A stretch of DNA of 64,000 bases from Acidobacteriota bacterium (GTDB lineage: Bacteria > Acidobacteriota > UBA6911 > RPQK01 > JAJDTT01): positions 3,744,001-3,808,000 of the forward strand of contig OZ253580.1 of NCBI GenBank assembly GCA_965263035.1. Reading direction: 5' to 3'. This document shows, in pieces, positions 17,933 to 27,678 of this stretch; the first letter of the stretch is position 1, and every line of letters begins with the position of its first letter. The translations under genes were made by a program, and so were the position numbers. Below the pieces are notes generated by a model that did no database searches, was not told where the DNA came from, and saw only the letters and a program-made list of their open reading frames with translations.

Positions 17933-19296
17933 GGTCCGATTCCCGGGAGCGCGATCGCTTCGAGGCACTCGCCGACCGTGGCCACCCCCTGCAAAGAGAC
18001 CCCGCGAACCGGTTCATTCAGGGGCAGGCTGTTGGCGGGCAGAATCAGGTTTCGAAAGCCCATCATTGACGCTTCCTTGACCCGGTTTTGCGGGAAGCTG
18101 ACGGCCCGGATCTCACCTGCGAGGCCGACTTCTCCGAAGACGACCGTCGACTCGGGAAGAGGGCGGTTTCCCAGGCTCGACACGATGGCTGCAACGATGG
18201 CCAGGTCCACTCCCGGCTCGGTCAAGGAGAAGCCGCCGGCGACGTTGATGTAGACGTCGCTACCCAGAAGATCCAGCCCGAGACGTTTCTCCAGCATGGC
18301 CAAGAGCAGTGCCACCCGGTTGGCGTCGACTCCGTCCGTCATCCGCCTGGCGGAGCTGAAACCACTCTGGCTGACCAGAGCCTGGACTTCCACGAGCATC
18401 GGCCTCGAACCCTCGATGGTGCAGGTGACGGCGGATCCCGAAACCCGCTCGCTGCGCTGGGACAGGAATAGCCTGGACGGATTCTCGACACAGCGAAGTC
18501 CCCGGCTGGACATTTCGAAGATGCCCAGCTCGTTGGACGGACCGAATCGGTTCTTGACCGCCCGGACGATCTTTTCGTTCCGGTGACGAGTCCCCTCGAA
18601 GTAGAGCACCACGTCCACGATGTGCTCCAGCGCCTTGGGTCCGGCCAGAGCCCCGTCTTTGGTGATGTGTCCGATGAGAAGGACCGGAATGCCTTCCCGC
18701 TTGGCAAAGACCAGCAGCTCGGCGGCGCAGTCCCGTATCTGGCTGATGCTGCCCGGGATGGAATCGGAGGCCTCGCTGAACATGGTCTGGATCGAGTCCA
18801 CGATCACCACCGACGGCCGGAGACTCCCGATCTGGTCCAGAATCCGCTCCAGACAGGTCTCCCCCAACAGGTAGAGCCGCGTTCCCTTGACCTGCAACCG
18901 GTCACCGCGAAGGCGAATCTGCTCGACGGACTCCTCTCCCGCCACGTAGAGCACGGGACGGCCCTGGTTCGAGAGGCTCTCGGCCACCTGAAGCAAGAGG
19001 GTCGACTTGCCGATTCCCGGCTCTCCTCCCAACAGAATCAGGGAACCGGGCACGATCCCGCCACCCAGGGTCCGGTCGACCTCCGAGTTGCCGGTAGTCA
19101 TTCGTTGAACCCCGCTGCTCTGAATCTCCGCATAGGCGTGCGCCGTTACGGCCGGTCTGGATTTGCCCGAAGTGGAAACCTTTTCCTCCACCAGGGCGTT
19201 CCAGTCACCGCAAGAGGGGCAACGGCCGAACCACTTGGGACTCTGGAAGCCGCACTCGCTGCAGACGTGCAAGTGCTTGAGGGGGGCTGCAACCAT
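17929..19296 (-). CDS. radA: DNA repair protein RadA/Sms
   Basis: CSECG...CPSCG Zn finger, GEPGIGKST, KNRFG, Lon-like C-terminus. Confidence 0.97.
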   Translation of the reverse strand: MVAAPLKHLHVCSECGFQSPKWFGRCPSCGDWNALVEEKVSTSGKSRPAVTAHAYAEIQSSGVQRMTTGNSEVDRTLGGGIVPGSLILLGGEPGIGKSTLLLQVAESLSNQGRPVLYVAGEESVEQIRLRGDRLQVKGTRLYLLGETCLERILDQIGSLRPSVVIVDSIQTMFSEASDSIPGSISQIRDCAAELLVFAKREGIPVLLIGHITKDGALAGPKALEHIVDVVLYFEGTRHRNEKIVRAVKNRFGPSNELGIFEMSSRGLRCVENPSRLFLSQRSERVSGSAVTCTIEGSRPMLVEVQALVSQSGFSSARRMTDGVDANRVALLLAMLEKRLGLDLLGSDVYINVAGGFSLTEPGVDLAIVAAIVSSLGNRPLPESTVVFGEVGLAGEIRAVSFPQNRVKEASMMGFRNLILPANSLPLNEPVRGVSLQGVATVGECLEAIALPGIGP

Positions 19297-19310
19297 TGCG
19301 GGAATTCTAT

Positions 19311-19470
19311 CAGCCCGTAGTAAAAGTCGTCACGGCATTCGACCGTCCCTGCATCGTGCGCGGAATGCGTTGCTATCGGCTCACATACTCCCGGTATGCT
19401 CCCTCCGTTGCGCCTTGTCCGGCGGGCGCAGGAACGGTCTCGGTGCTCGCGGGACTTTCACCACGGACTG
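19311..19470 (+). mobile_element. MITE family A, 160 bp, followed by an extra terminal-repeat remnant at about 19479-19501
   Basis: Near-identical to 3653-3812; then CGCCCGTGGCAGAAAGTCGTCG. Confidence 0.9.
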
Positions 19471-19534
19471 ATATTAGCCGCCCGTGGCAGAAAGTCGTCG
19501 CTTCCGGTCCGGCAGAGGCTGCGCCGTCTCCGGG

Positions 19535-20884
19535 CTACGCGGGGTTCTCGAAACGGGTCCACTCATCCACGAATGCCAGCTTCACCCGACCCGTGGGACC
19601 GTTTCGCTGTTTGCCGATGATGATCTGAGCGTAGCGGTCCTCGTCGTCCAGGTCCTCCTCTTTTTTGTAGAAGGACTCTCGAAAGATGAAGAGGACCACG
19701 TCGGCGTCCTGCTCGATGGAACCGGACTCGCGCAGATCCGATAACAGGGGCTCGTGGTTCCCGCGTCTCTGCTCCGGCGCCCGGCTCAGTTGGGAGATAG
19801 CGATCAGAGGCACGTTCAGCTCCTTGGCAAGAGCCTTCAGCGAACGGCTGATGGTGGAAATCTCCTGCTGCCGGTTCTCCTGCCGCCGTCGCCCGGAGAC
19901 CTCTCCCGACATCAGCTGGAGATAATCTACGATGAGCAGATCCAGTCCCTGTTCCGAGGCCAGGCGACGAGTCTTGGAACGCATCTCCAACAGGGAGATG
20001 CCGGGAGTGTCGTCGATGAAGAGCTGAGCCTGTGAGAGGCGGCTCAGAGCCCCGGCCATCAAGGTCCAGTCCTGCTTGGAAAGGAATCCGGAGCGCATTT
20101 TGTGGCTGTCTACGCGAGCCTCGGAGCAGAGTAGCCGCAGGGCCAGTTGCTGGGAGGACATCTCCAGGCTGAATACACCCACCACCTTCTGCTGCTTCAC
20201 CGTCACGTGCTGGGCAATGTTCAGCGCCATACTGGTCTTTCCCAGACCGGGCCGCGCCGCGATGATGATGAGATCGGAGTCCTGTAGACCCGACATCATC
20301 TGATCCAGCTGGGTGAAGCCCGTGGCGACCCCGGTGACCACCCCCTTGTGCTCGTGGAGGTGCTCCATGTGCCTGTAGGCCGAGGCAAGGAGTTCCTGCA
20401 GGGGGGCGAATCCGGTGCGGGATCTCTCTTGGCCGATCTGGAAGATGGCCTTCTCCGCCTCCTCCAGGAGGAGGCCGGGATCCTCCTCGTCGGAAAAACT
20501 GCGATTCAGAATGTCGTTGGCGGAGTGGACCAGCTTTCGAAGGAGGGACTTTTCCTTGACGATACCGGCATAGTGCTCGATGTTGGCGATACGGGGAACG
20601 CCGTCCACGAGGGAGGCGATATAGGATACGCCTCCGACCGCGTCCAAGTCGGTCCTCCGCGCCAATTCTTCCCGCAGGGTCAGGATGTCGATGGCCCTGG
20701 ACGCTCCGGCCAGGGAGACGATGGTGTCGAAGATGCGGCGGTGGCTTTCCAGATAGAAGTCTTCGCTGACCAGCAACTGGGCCGCCTGGTCGAACACCCG
20801 ATTGTCCAGCAGCACCGCCCCCAGGACGGCTCGTTCCGCTTCGGCGCTGTGGGGGAGTGTCTTCTCCAGGGAGGGGGAATTCAT
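19535..20884 (-). CDS. dnaB: Replicative DNA helicase
   Basis: PHSAEAERAVLG, ARPGLGKT, IVDYLQL, LSDLRESGSIEQDAD, KQRNGPTG. Confidence 0.97.
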   Translation of the reverse strand: MNSPSLEKTLPHSAEAERAVLGAVLLDNRVFDQAAQLLVSEDFYLESHRRIFDTIVSLAGASRAIDILTLREELARRTDLDAVGGVSYIASLVDGVPRIANIEHYAGIVKEKSLLRKLVHSANDILNRSFSDEEDPGLLLEEAEKAIFQIGQERSRTGFAPLQELLASAYRHMEHLHEHKGVVTGVATGFTQLDQMMSGLQDSDLIIIAARPGLGKTSMALNIAQHVTVKQQKVVGVFSLEMSSQQLALRLLCSEARVDSHKMRSGFLSKQDWTLMAGALSRLSQAQLFIDDTPGISLLEMRSKTRRLASEQGLDLLIVDYLQLMSGEVSGRRRQENRQQEISTISRSLKALAKELNVPLIAISQLSRAPEQRRGNHEPLLSDLRESGSIEQDADVVLFIFRESFYKKEEDLDDEDRYAQIIIGKQRNGPTGRVKLAFVDEWTRFENPA

Positions 20885-20979
20885 GTGCCCCGCTTATATT
20901 GGGGTTGGGGCTGCATGCGGAAGCCGAATAACGAGCCGCGGGCCATGGTCACGGCTCTGTTCATCCAGGACGTCTCCCG

Positions 20980-21549
20980 TTAGCCGGAATCCGAATCGGG
21001 AGTTTCGATTCCGGCCGCCTTGTTCTCATCGACCAGGAACTCCAACTCGGCCACCAATCGGTTGGACTCGTCATCCTGCTGTTTCAGCTGCTGCACCGGA
21101 GCCTCTTCCTCGGGAACGATGGAGACCAGAAGTTGGGCCGTGACCTCGCCGTGACACCGGATGTCCAACCGGTAGTTGCCGATGCTCTTGATGGGGTGCT
21201 CCAGCGTGATCTTGCGGCGATCCACTTCGATCCCGTTTGCGGAGAGCAGGTCGGAGACGTCCCTCGACGTCACCGAGCCGAACAGCAGTCCCGTTTCTCC
21301 CGCCCTTCGACTCAGCACTGCGTGCCGGCGCGTCAATTCTTCGGCCAGAAGCTCGGCCTCTCCCTTGTGTTTCGCCTCCCGCCGGGCCTGGGCCAGCCTC
21401 TGCGATGCCACCAGCTTCAGGTTGGCCGGAGTCGAGAGCAGCGCCAGTCCCTTGGGCAGCAGGTAGTTTCGTCCATAGCCATTGGCCACGCGAACCGCAT
21501 CGCCGCGCCGCCCGAGATGCTCGACGTCACCCACCAGAATCAGTTCCAT
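20980..21549 (-). CDS. rplI: 50S ribosomal protein L9
   Basis: MELIL..DV.HLG..GD.V.V.NGYGRNYLLP; LFGSVT. Confidence 0.95.
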   Translation of the reverse strand: MELILVGDVEHLGRRGDAVRVANGYGRNYLLPKGLALLSTPANLKLVASQRLAQARREAKHKGEAELLAEELTRRHAVLSRRAGETGLLFGSVTSRDVSDLLSANGIEVDRRKITLEHPIKSIGNYRLDIRCHGEVTAQLLVSIVPEEEAPVQQLKQQDDESNRLVAELEFLVDENKAAGIETPDSDSG

Positions 21550-21585
21550 GGTCGTGCCCCTCAGTGGAAAAACAGTGGTCGGAGA

Positions 21586-21798
21586 TCAGTCCGAGACGTA
21601 GGGAAGGAGGGCCAGATGGCGAGCCCGCTTCAAGGCTCGCTTCAGCTTGCGCTGGTGGGGCGCACAGACGCCGCTGAGCCTGCGAGGCGAAATCTTGGCC
21701 CGCTCCGGCACGTACTGATTCAGCATCCTCACATCTTTGAAGTCGATGTATTCGATCTTGTCGGCGCAGAACTTGCAAAACCTGCGTCTTCTAGGCAT
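21586..21798 (-). CDS. rpsR: 30S ribosomal protein S18 (Zn-binding form)
   Basis: [37 protein letters not shown]. Confidence 0.95.
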   Translation of the reverse strand: MPRRRRFCKFCADKIEYIDFKDVRMLNQYVPERAKISPRRLSGVCAPHQRKLKRALKRARHLALLPYVSD

Positions 21799-22189
21799 GG
21801 CTCGCTTCCCGGGACGCGGAACCCACTGCCGGCGCGGGTGTTTCCGGCTCGGTCCTGCGTCGTTCTTTTTTCCTCTTTTTGCCTTCGGCGCGCTTGCGCT
21901 CCAAGTCGACGCGAACGGTGAGGAAACGGATGATGGAGTCATTGACCTTGATCCGCCGCTCCAATTCAAGCACTGCGTCGTTGGAGTCCGCCAGCAAGGT
22001 GAAAATGACGTATTTCCCGTCGGTGTGTTTCTTGACCGGAAAGGCCAAGCGCCGGCGCCCCCACCTGTCCACGTTGGCCACCTCTGCCCCGCGTTCCTCG
22101 GCGGCCTGCCGGAGGCTGTCGATGATGGTCCGGGCCTGCTCCTCGTCCAGCGTTGGAGCCAGAATGAAAATCGCCTCGTATTCCCTCAT
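21791..22189 (-). CDS. rpsF: 30S ribosomal protein S6
   Basis: [25 protein letters not shown]. Confidence 0.95.
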   Translation of the reverse strand: MREYEAIFILAPTLDEEQARTIIDSLRQAAEERGAEVANVDRWGRRRLAFPVKKHTDGKYVIFTLLADSNDAVLELERRIKVNDSIIRFLTVRVDLERKRAEGKKRKKERRRTEPETPAPAVGSASREASHA

Positions 22190-22304
22190 TCGATTGCTCG
22201 ATCCTCTGTGGTTCGAACCACACTTTCGGAAGTTGCTCAGTGTAGCACAGCCCCCGTCTCTGCTGACAGCGTGGAGCCGCATTCACCGAGGCCGGCCATG
22301 CCGG

Positions 22305-24344
22305 CTACACCAACAACGGCGCGATCACCAGCGCGACGATGGACATGAGCTTGACCAGGATGTTCATGGACGGACCGCTCGTGTCCTTGAACGGGTCCCC
22401 CACGGTGTCACCCACCACGGCCGCCTTGTGGGCCTCCGAGCCCTTGCCTCCCAGAATGCCCTCCTCGATCATCTTCTTGGCATTGTCCCAGGCGCCTCCT
22501 GAGTTGGACATGAAGAGCGCCAACAGCACGCCCACCAGCATCGACCCGGCCAGCATTCCCCCCAGAGAATGGGGTCCCAGCACGAAACCGACGATGACCG
22601 GGGCCGCCACGGCGGTGATACCGGGAGCCACCATCTCCTTCAGAGCCGCCCGGGTGGAGATATCGATGCACCGAGTCGTGTCCGGTTCGGCCTCGCCCTC
22701 CATGAGCCCCGGGATCTCCCTGAACTGGCGCCGGACCTCCTCCACCATCTTGAAGGCCGCACGTCCCACCGAGGACATGGTGAGGTTCCCGATGAAGAAG
22801 GGGAGGGCTCCCCCGATGAAGAAGCCGACAACGACCCGGGGATCGATGAGATCCAGCTGAAGCTGTTTGCCGGGCAGACTCTGGGCCACGGTCTGGGCAT
22901 AGGCCGAAAACAGGGCCAGAGCGGTGAGCGCCGCCGAGCCGATGGCGAAACCCTTGCCGATGGCGGCGGTGGTATTGCCCAGGGAATCCAGGCTGTCGGT
23001 GATCTTCCGGACGTCGGGCCCCAAGCCGCTCATCTCGGAGATCCCGCCGGCATTGTCTGCTATGGGGCCGTAGGCGTCGACCGACATGGTCACACCCACC
23101 GTCGCCAGCATGCCCACCGCGGCGATCCCGATTCCGTAGAGGCCTGCGAAGTTGTAGGCGACAAGGATGGTTCCGGCGATGGTCAGTATGGGGAGAGCCG
23201 TCGACTCCATCCCCACGGCCAGACCCGAGATGATGTTGGTGGCGGCGCCGGTCTTGCAGGATTCGGCAATGCGACGGACCGGCTTGCCCGAGGTATACCA
23301 CTCGGTAAGCAATCCAATGAGGACTCCTGCGACGGCCCCGACCAAGACCGCATAGAAGACGCCCGACTCGAGTTCCAGCGCACGGACCGCGACCCAGGTC
23401 CCCGCCAGCAGGAGCAGGGCGCTCACATACGTGGCATTGCGGAGCACCGCAGCCGGACTGAGATTGCGGAGCACGCGAATGGAAACCACACCGATGAGCG
23501 AAGCGATCAGGCCGATGGCGATGACCACCAGGGGAAACAGCATGTAACGGCTCTTCTCAGCGTCCCCGATCATGAGTATCTGACTGGTCCCGGCCGCCGC
23601 GATGGCAATAGTGGCGATCACCGAGCCGACGTAACTCTCGAAAATGTCCGCTCCCATACCGGCCGTGTCTCCGACACAATCGCCCACGTTGTCGGCGATG
23701 GTGGCCGGGTTTCTCGGGTCATCCTCGGGAATTCCCGCTTCCACCTTGCCTACCAGATCGGCGCCCACGTCCGCCGTCTTGGTATAGATTCCGCCGCCCA
23801 CTCTGGCGAAAAGTGCGATGGAGCTGGCGCCCATGGCAAAACCGTTGATGTCGCGCGCGGAAATGAAGCCGTTGCTGTAGAGCAGGAAGGCGATGCAGAT
23901 GCCCAACATGCCCAAGCTGGCAACCGAGAGCCCCATCACGGCTCCTCCGGAGAAGGCCACGTTAAGGGCGTCGCCGATACCGGAGGCTGAGGCGGCCTGT
24001 GTGGTTCGGACGTTGGCGCGGGTCGCCGCCTTCAAGCCGAAAAAACCGGCAATCATGGACAGGACCGCTCCGGCCAGAAAGGCCATTCCGGTTCCCGCCG
24101 AAAGACTCCACCAGAGCAGTAGGAAGACCACCACGACGAAGATGGCCAGAATCCCGTACTCGCGGCGCAGAAACACCATGGCTCCGTCATGGATCGTGTC
24201 GGAGATGCGGCGCATCGTCTCGTTCTGAATGTCTATCTTGGTGATGAACCGGTAGATCAGGCCGGCTGCAAGGAGTCCGGCCAAGGCCACCACGCCCACC
24301 GCGGGAACCAGTTCTCCAGGAGAAAGAAAGTTCGCAAAGACCAT
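22305..24344 (-). CDS. hppA: Membrane-integral pyrophosphatase (K+-dependent type, Na+ or H+ pump)
   Basis: [54 protein letters not shown]. Confidence 0.95.
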   Translation of the reverse strand: MVFANFLSPGELVPAVGVVALAGLLAAGLIYRFITKIDIQNETMRRISDTIHDGAMVFLRREYGILAIFVVVVFLLLWWSLSAGTGMAFLAGAVLSMIAGFFGLKAATRANVRTTQAASASGIGDALNVAFSGGAVMGLSVASLGMLGICIAFLLYSNGFISARDINGFAMGASSIALFARVGGGIYTKTADVGADLVGKVEAGIPEDDPRNPATIADNVGDCVGDTAGMGADIFESYVGSVIATIAIAAAGTSQILMIGDAEKSRYMLFPLVVIAIGLIASLIGVVSIRVLRNLSPAAVLRNATYVSALLLLAGTWVAVRALELESGVFYAVLVGAVAGVLIGLLTEWYTSGKPVRRIAESCKTGAATNIISGLAVGMESTALPILTIAGTILVAYNFAGLYGIGIAAVGMLATVGVTMSVDAYGPIADNAGGISEMSGLGPDVRKITDSLDSLGNTTAAIGKGFAIGSAALTALALFSAYAQTVAQSLPGKQLQLDLIDPRVVVGFFIGGALPFFIGNLTMSSVGRAAFKMVEEVRRQFREIPGLMEGEAEPDTTRCIDISTRAALKEMVAPGITAVAAPVIVGFVLGPHSLGGMLAGSMLVGVLLALFMSNSGGAWDNAKKMIEEGILGGKGSEAHKAAVVGDTVGDPFKDTSGPSMNILVKLMSIVALVIAPLLV

Positions 24345-24370
24345 CGAAAACCCACCTTTCAGTTCAGTGG

Positions 24371-24949
24371 TCAGAGATCTTCGTATCTCCAACCATTGAC
24401 CAGGTCCATGGCCCGCAAACAGCCCTGGGTCAAAATCGTATCGACACCCAGGACCGCACGGTCCAATACGGAGTCCAGTACCAGACGCTCATCTCCGGAG
24501 AAGGGGGAAAGCAGATAGTCGGTCAGATCGCCTTTCACCGAGTCGCCGCCCACTCCGATTCGCAACCGGGGAATCTGTTTCGTTCCCACCATTCGAATGA
24601 TCGATTCCATGCCCTTCTGTCCACCCGAACTGCCGGAACGCCGGACTCGCAATCGTCCCAACGGCAGCTGAACCTCGTCGTAGACCACCAGGAACTCCTC
24701 AGGATCGACGCCATATTGAACAAGGAGCGAGCGAACCGCCACCCCACTGAGATTCATGTAGGTCTGCGGTTTTGCCAGAATCAGGGGTCCGCTCTCGCGC
24801 TCGACCCGGCAGACTCGAGACTGGCCGGCGGCGGGACCGAACCGGGCGGCGCTCAAATCCGCCAAGCGGTCGACCAGCATGAACCCCGCGTTGTGTCGGG
24901 TCGCTGCGTACCGGCGGCCCGGGTTGCCCAACCCAACGACCAGAAACAC
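24371..24949 (-). CDS. pth: Peptidyl-tRNA hydrolase
   Basis: [34 protein letters not shown]. Confidence 0.95.
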   Translation of the reverse strand: MFLVVGLGNPGRRYAATRHNAGFMLVDRLADLSAARFGPAAGQSRVCRVERESGPLILAKPQTYMNLSGVAVRSLLVQYGVDPEEFLVVYDEVQLPLGRLRVRRSGSSGGQKGMESIIRMVGTKQIPRLRIGVGGDSVKGDLTDYLLSPFSGDERLVLDSVLDRAVLGVDTILTQGCLRAMDLVNGWRYEDL

Positions 24950-24954
24950 CAGAG

Positions 24955-25611
24955 CTACTCCGCGGGTTGGCTTCCTTCCAACTGACCTTCTCCCGCGATC
25001 TCCGGTTCAGCGGTTTCGTCTTCCGGCATGATCTCATCGTCAGCCGTCTCGACCGATGGAGCCGCTATTGTCAGGACGGTCAGGTCCGGATCGGAGAGGA
25101 TCTTCACCTTGTCCGAATCCACGTCCAGTTGTTCCACCCGTACCGAGTCTCCAATCTCCAGGTCGGTCACATCGACTCGAATGTGATCGGGCAAGCTCCC
25201 CGGAAGACATTCCAGCTGGATCTGGCGCACTACCAAGTCCAGAATGCCCCCATCCAACCTTACGCCGGCGGCCGTGCCCATGATCTCCACGGGTACGTCG
25301 AAGACCATGGTCCGGTCCATGGATATGGCCATGAAATCGGCATGGATCAGCTCCTCCCCCACCGGATCACGCTGGTGCTCTCGAATCAGGACATTTCTCT
25401 GCTGGTCCTGGTACTTCAACGTGAAAATCGTGTTATGGCCCGTATTGGAGATCAGGATCCGATCCAGATCTTTGGGATCGACGGAGACGGCAACCGCCTC
25501 CACATTGCGACCGTAGACGACTCCAGGCATCCGTCCCGCGGCCCGGAGCCGCCGGTTGGCGTTCTTCCCGAACTCTTGTCGTATCTGCGAATCCACCGTC
25601 AATCGAGGCAT
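24955..25611 (-). CDS. rplY: 50S ribosomal protein L25/Ctc
   Basis: GKNANRRLR..G.MPGVVYG, HADF, Ctc beta domain, acidic tail. Confidence 0.95.
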   Translation of the reverse strand: MPRLTVDSQIRQEFGKNANRRLRAAGRMPGVVYGRNVEAVAVSVDPKDLDRILISNTGHNTIFTLKYQDQQRNVLIREHQRDPVGEELIHADFMAISMDRTMVFDVPVEIMGTAAGVRLDGGILDLVVRQIQLECLPGSLPDHIRVDVTDLEIGDSVRVEQLDVDSDKVKILSDPDLTVLTIAAPSVETADDEIMPEDETAEPEIAGEGQLEGSQPAE

Positions 25612-25691
25612 TTACTCCAACTCCTCATTCCTTTGCTCGAGCTGCCCCGAGAAAACGGGCAACTCGCACAACTTGGTTTCCGCATCCAGGA

Positions 25692-26633
25692 TCAGCTGAC
25701 AAACAGCCGGCTCACCGAGGTTTCCTCGTGGATCGACCGGATCGCCTCGCCCAACAGGCCGGCGACGCTCAAAGTGTGAATCTTGGGAATCCGCTTTTCC
25801 GGACTGATCCACACTGTATTAGTGACGATAATTCCTTCGAAATGAGAATCGCGAAGGCGTTTCACGGCCGGCCCCGACAGGACGGCGTGGGTGGCGGCGG
25901 CGAAGAGCCTCCGGGCTCCCCGTTTCCTCAAGGCGTCCGTCGCCTGCACCAGGGTCCCCGCCGTGTCGACCATGTCGTCGATGATGACCACGTCCCGACC
26001 GTCTACATCGCCCACGATGCGCATGACCTCAGCCGTGTTCACCCCGACCCGGCGTTTGTCGATGACAGCCAGATTGGCACTCATTCTCCGGGCGTAAAAC
26101 CGGGCCCGTTCCACACCTCCCGCGTCCGGCGAGACTACCGTGGGACGAACCAAAGACATCTTGTTCTTCAAATGGGAGAGGATGACCGGAGTGGCGAAGA
26201 GGTGGTCCACTGGGATGTTGAAAAACCCCTGGATCTGTCCCACGTGCAGGTCCATGGAAAGGAGTCGATGGGTCCCGGCCGCCGTCAGGAGATCCGCCAC
26301 CAGCTTGGCCGAGATGGGCACTCGGGGTTTGTCCTTTCGGTCCTGACGGGCGTAGCCGTAATAGGGAACCACGGCCGTGACTCGCCGTGCCGATGAACGC
26401 CGAAAGGCATCCAGCATGATCAGGAGCTCCATCAGGTTTTCGCCCACCGGCGGACAGGTGGGCTGAACCACGAAGACGTCCTTCCCTCTCACGTTCTCGA
26501 GAATCTGGAAATTGACCTCGCCGTCGCTGAATCGGGTCAGGTTCGCCCGACCCAGAGGCTCTCCCAAATGGTGGCAAATCTCCTCCGTGAGAGGGGCATT
26601 GGCGCTGCCTGTAAAGATCTTCAAACTGGACAT
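25692..26633 (-). CDS. prs: Ribose-phosphate pyrophosphokinase
   Basis: RFSDGE, YGYARQDRK, VSPDAGG, DDMVDTAGT. Confidence 0.97.
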   Translation of the reverse strand: MSSLKIFTGSANAPLTEEICHHLGEPLGRANLTRFSDGEVNFQILENVRGKDVFVVQPTCPPVGENLMELLIMLDAFRRSSARRVTAVVPYYGYARQDRKDKPRVPISAKLVADLLTAAGTHRLLSMDLHVGQIQGFFNIPVDHLFATPVILSHLKNKMSLVRPTVVSPDAGGVERARFYARRMSANLAVIDKRRVGVNTAEVMRIVGDVDGRDVVIIDDMVDTAGTLVQATDALRKRGARRLFAAATHAVLSGPAVKRLRDSHFEGIIVTNTVWISPEKRIPKIHTLSVAGLLGEAIRSIHEETSVSRLFVS

Positions 26634-26689
26634 GGAATCAATCCCGCGCCGACACGATTCCGGACCCGATACGATCGGAACCGAAGTGG

Positions 26690-27625
26690 TCAGACCAGAA
26701 CGTCGAGGCCCGATTCTCTAAGTAGTTTCCTATACCGTCTTCTGGAAAGAGTGGAGCAGAATAACAGTTCTCCGCCTTCCTGACAGGCGGATGGGTTTCC
26801 CCCCCACTGGCGCCGGTCCCGGCACCCCAAGCCCATGAGCGTCGAGCCGCTCCCACAAACCATGACTCTCTCGCAACCCAAGGCGATGAGGGCTTTTCTC
26901 GCCTCTTCGAGAAAGCCGTAGCGCTGGAACAGCAGCGTTTCGAAGTCGTTCTCCAGATGGGCCCAATGCAGGCCGACTCTGAAGCGTGAGAAGCGATGGA
27001 TTGTATTCTTCGTCCAGGACCTTGTCAACTTTTCGCCGCCCTCCCAGACGCCCCAATTCCGCATGGAATATACCGCCTTCGTGGAAAGACCGCGGCCCGG
27101 ATAAAGGAGCACGACGTCCACGGAGCGCCTGAGGTCCGGCAAAGGAGTGATGAGTTCTCCCTTACCTTCTCCCAGGGCGGACCCGCCGCAAAGGAAGAAT
27201 GCGACGTCGGAGCCCAGCTCTGCCGCCAACGCAGTCAGGCCGGAGAGACTGAATCCGCAACCCCACAGCTGGTTCAGTCCCAGGAGGGTCACCGCCGCAT
27301 TCCCCGAACCGCCTCCGAGACCGGCCCCCAGAGGAATTCTCTTGGTCAGGGTCAATTCCGCTCCGGAGGACACGCCCGCCTTCCGCTTCAGCAGCCGCGC
27401 GGCGCGGTACACCAGGTTCTCGGGTCCCTCCGGCGCGGCGTGGCCACGAACCTGAATTCGAATTTCCGGATCCGCCGTGACCCGCAGGATCAGCTCGTCT
27501 TTCAGGTCCAGCATCTGGAAGACGGTTCGCAACTCATGAAACCCGTCCTCCCGAAGACCCAGAATCTTCAGTATCCAGTTGGTTTTGGCAAAGGAGGGGA
27601 GAGCAAGTGAAGACAACGCAACCAA
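26690..27625 (-). CDS. ispE: 4-diphosphocytidyl-2-C-methyl-D-erythritol kinase
   Basis: AK.N..L.ILG.REDGFHEL, KRIPLGAGLGGGS, LGSDV, NDFE, GSGS. Confidence 0.93.
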   Translation of the reverse strand: MVALSSLALPSFAKTNWILKILGLREDGFHELRTVFQMLDLKDELILRVTADPEIRIQVRGHAAPEGPENLVYRAARLLKRKAGVSSGAELTLTKRIPLGAGLGGGSGNAAVTLLGLNQLWGCGFSLSGLTALAAELGSDVAFFLCGGSALGEGKGELITPLPDLRRSVDVVLLYPGRGLSTKAVYSMRNWGVWEGGEKLTRSWTKNTIHRFSRFRVGLHWAHLENDFETLLFQRYGFLEEARKALIALGCERVMVCGSGSTLMGLGCRDRRQWGGNPSACQEGGELLFCSTLSRRRYRKLLRESGLDVLV

Positions 27626-27678
27626 TCAGACCATGGAATGAGCGCGCCTGGTGGATTTCCCGCAACGGCCGCCGCAGA

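Noticed and set aside
26634-26689. tRNA-Gln, often found between ispE and prs
   Set aside because: The gap is only 56 nt, with no cloverleaf or T-arm GTTCRA context.
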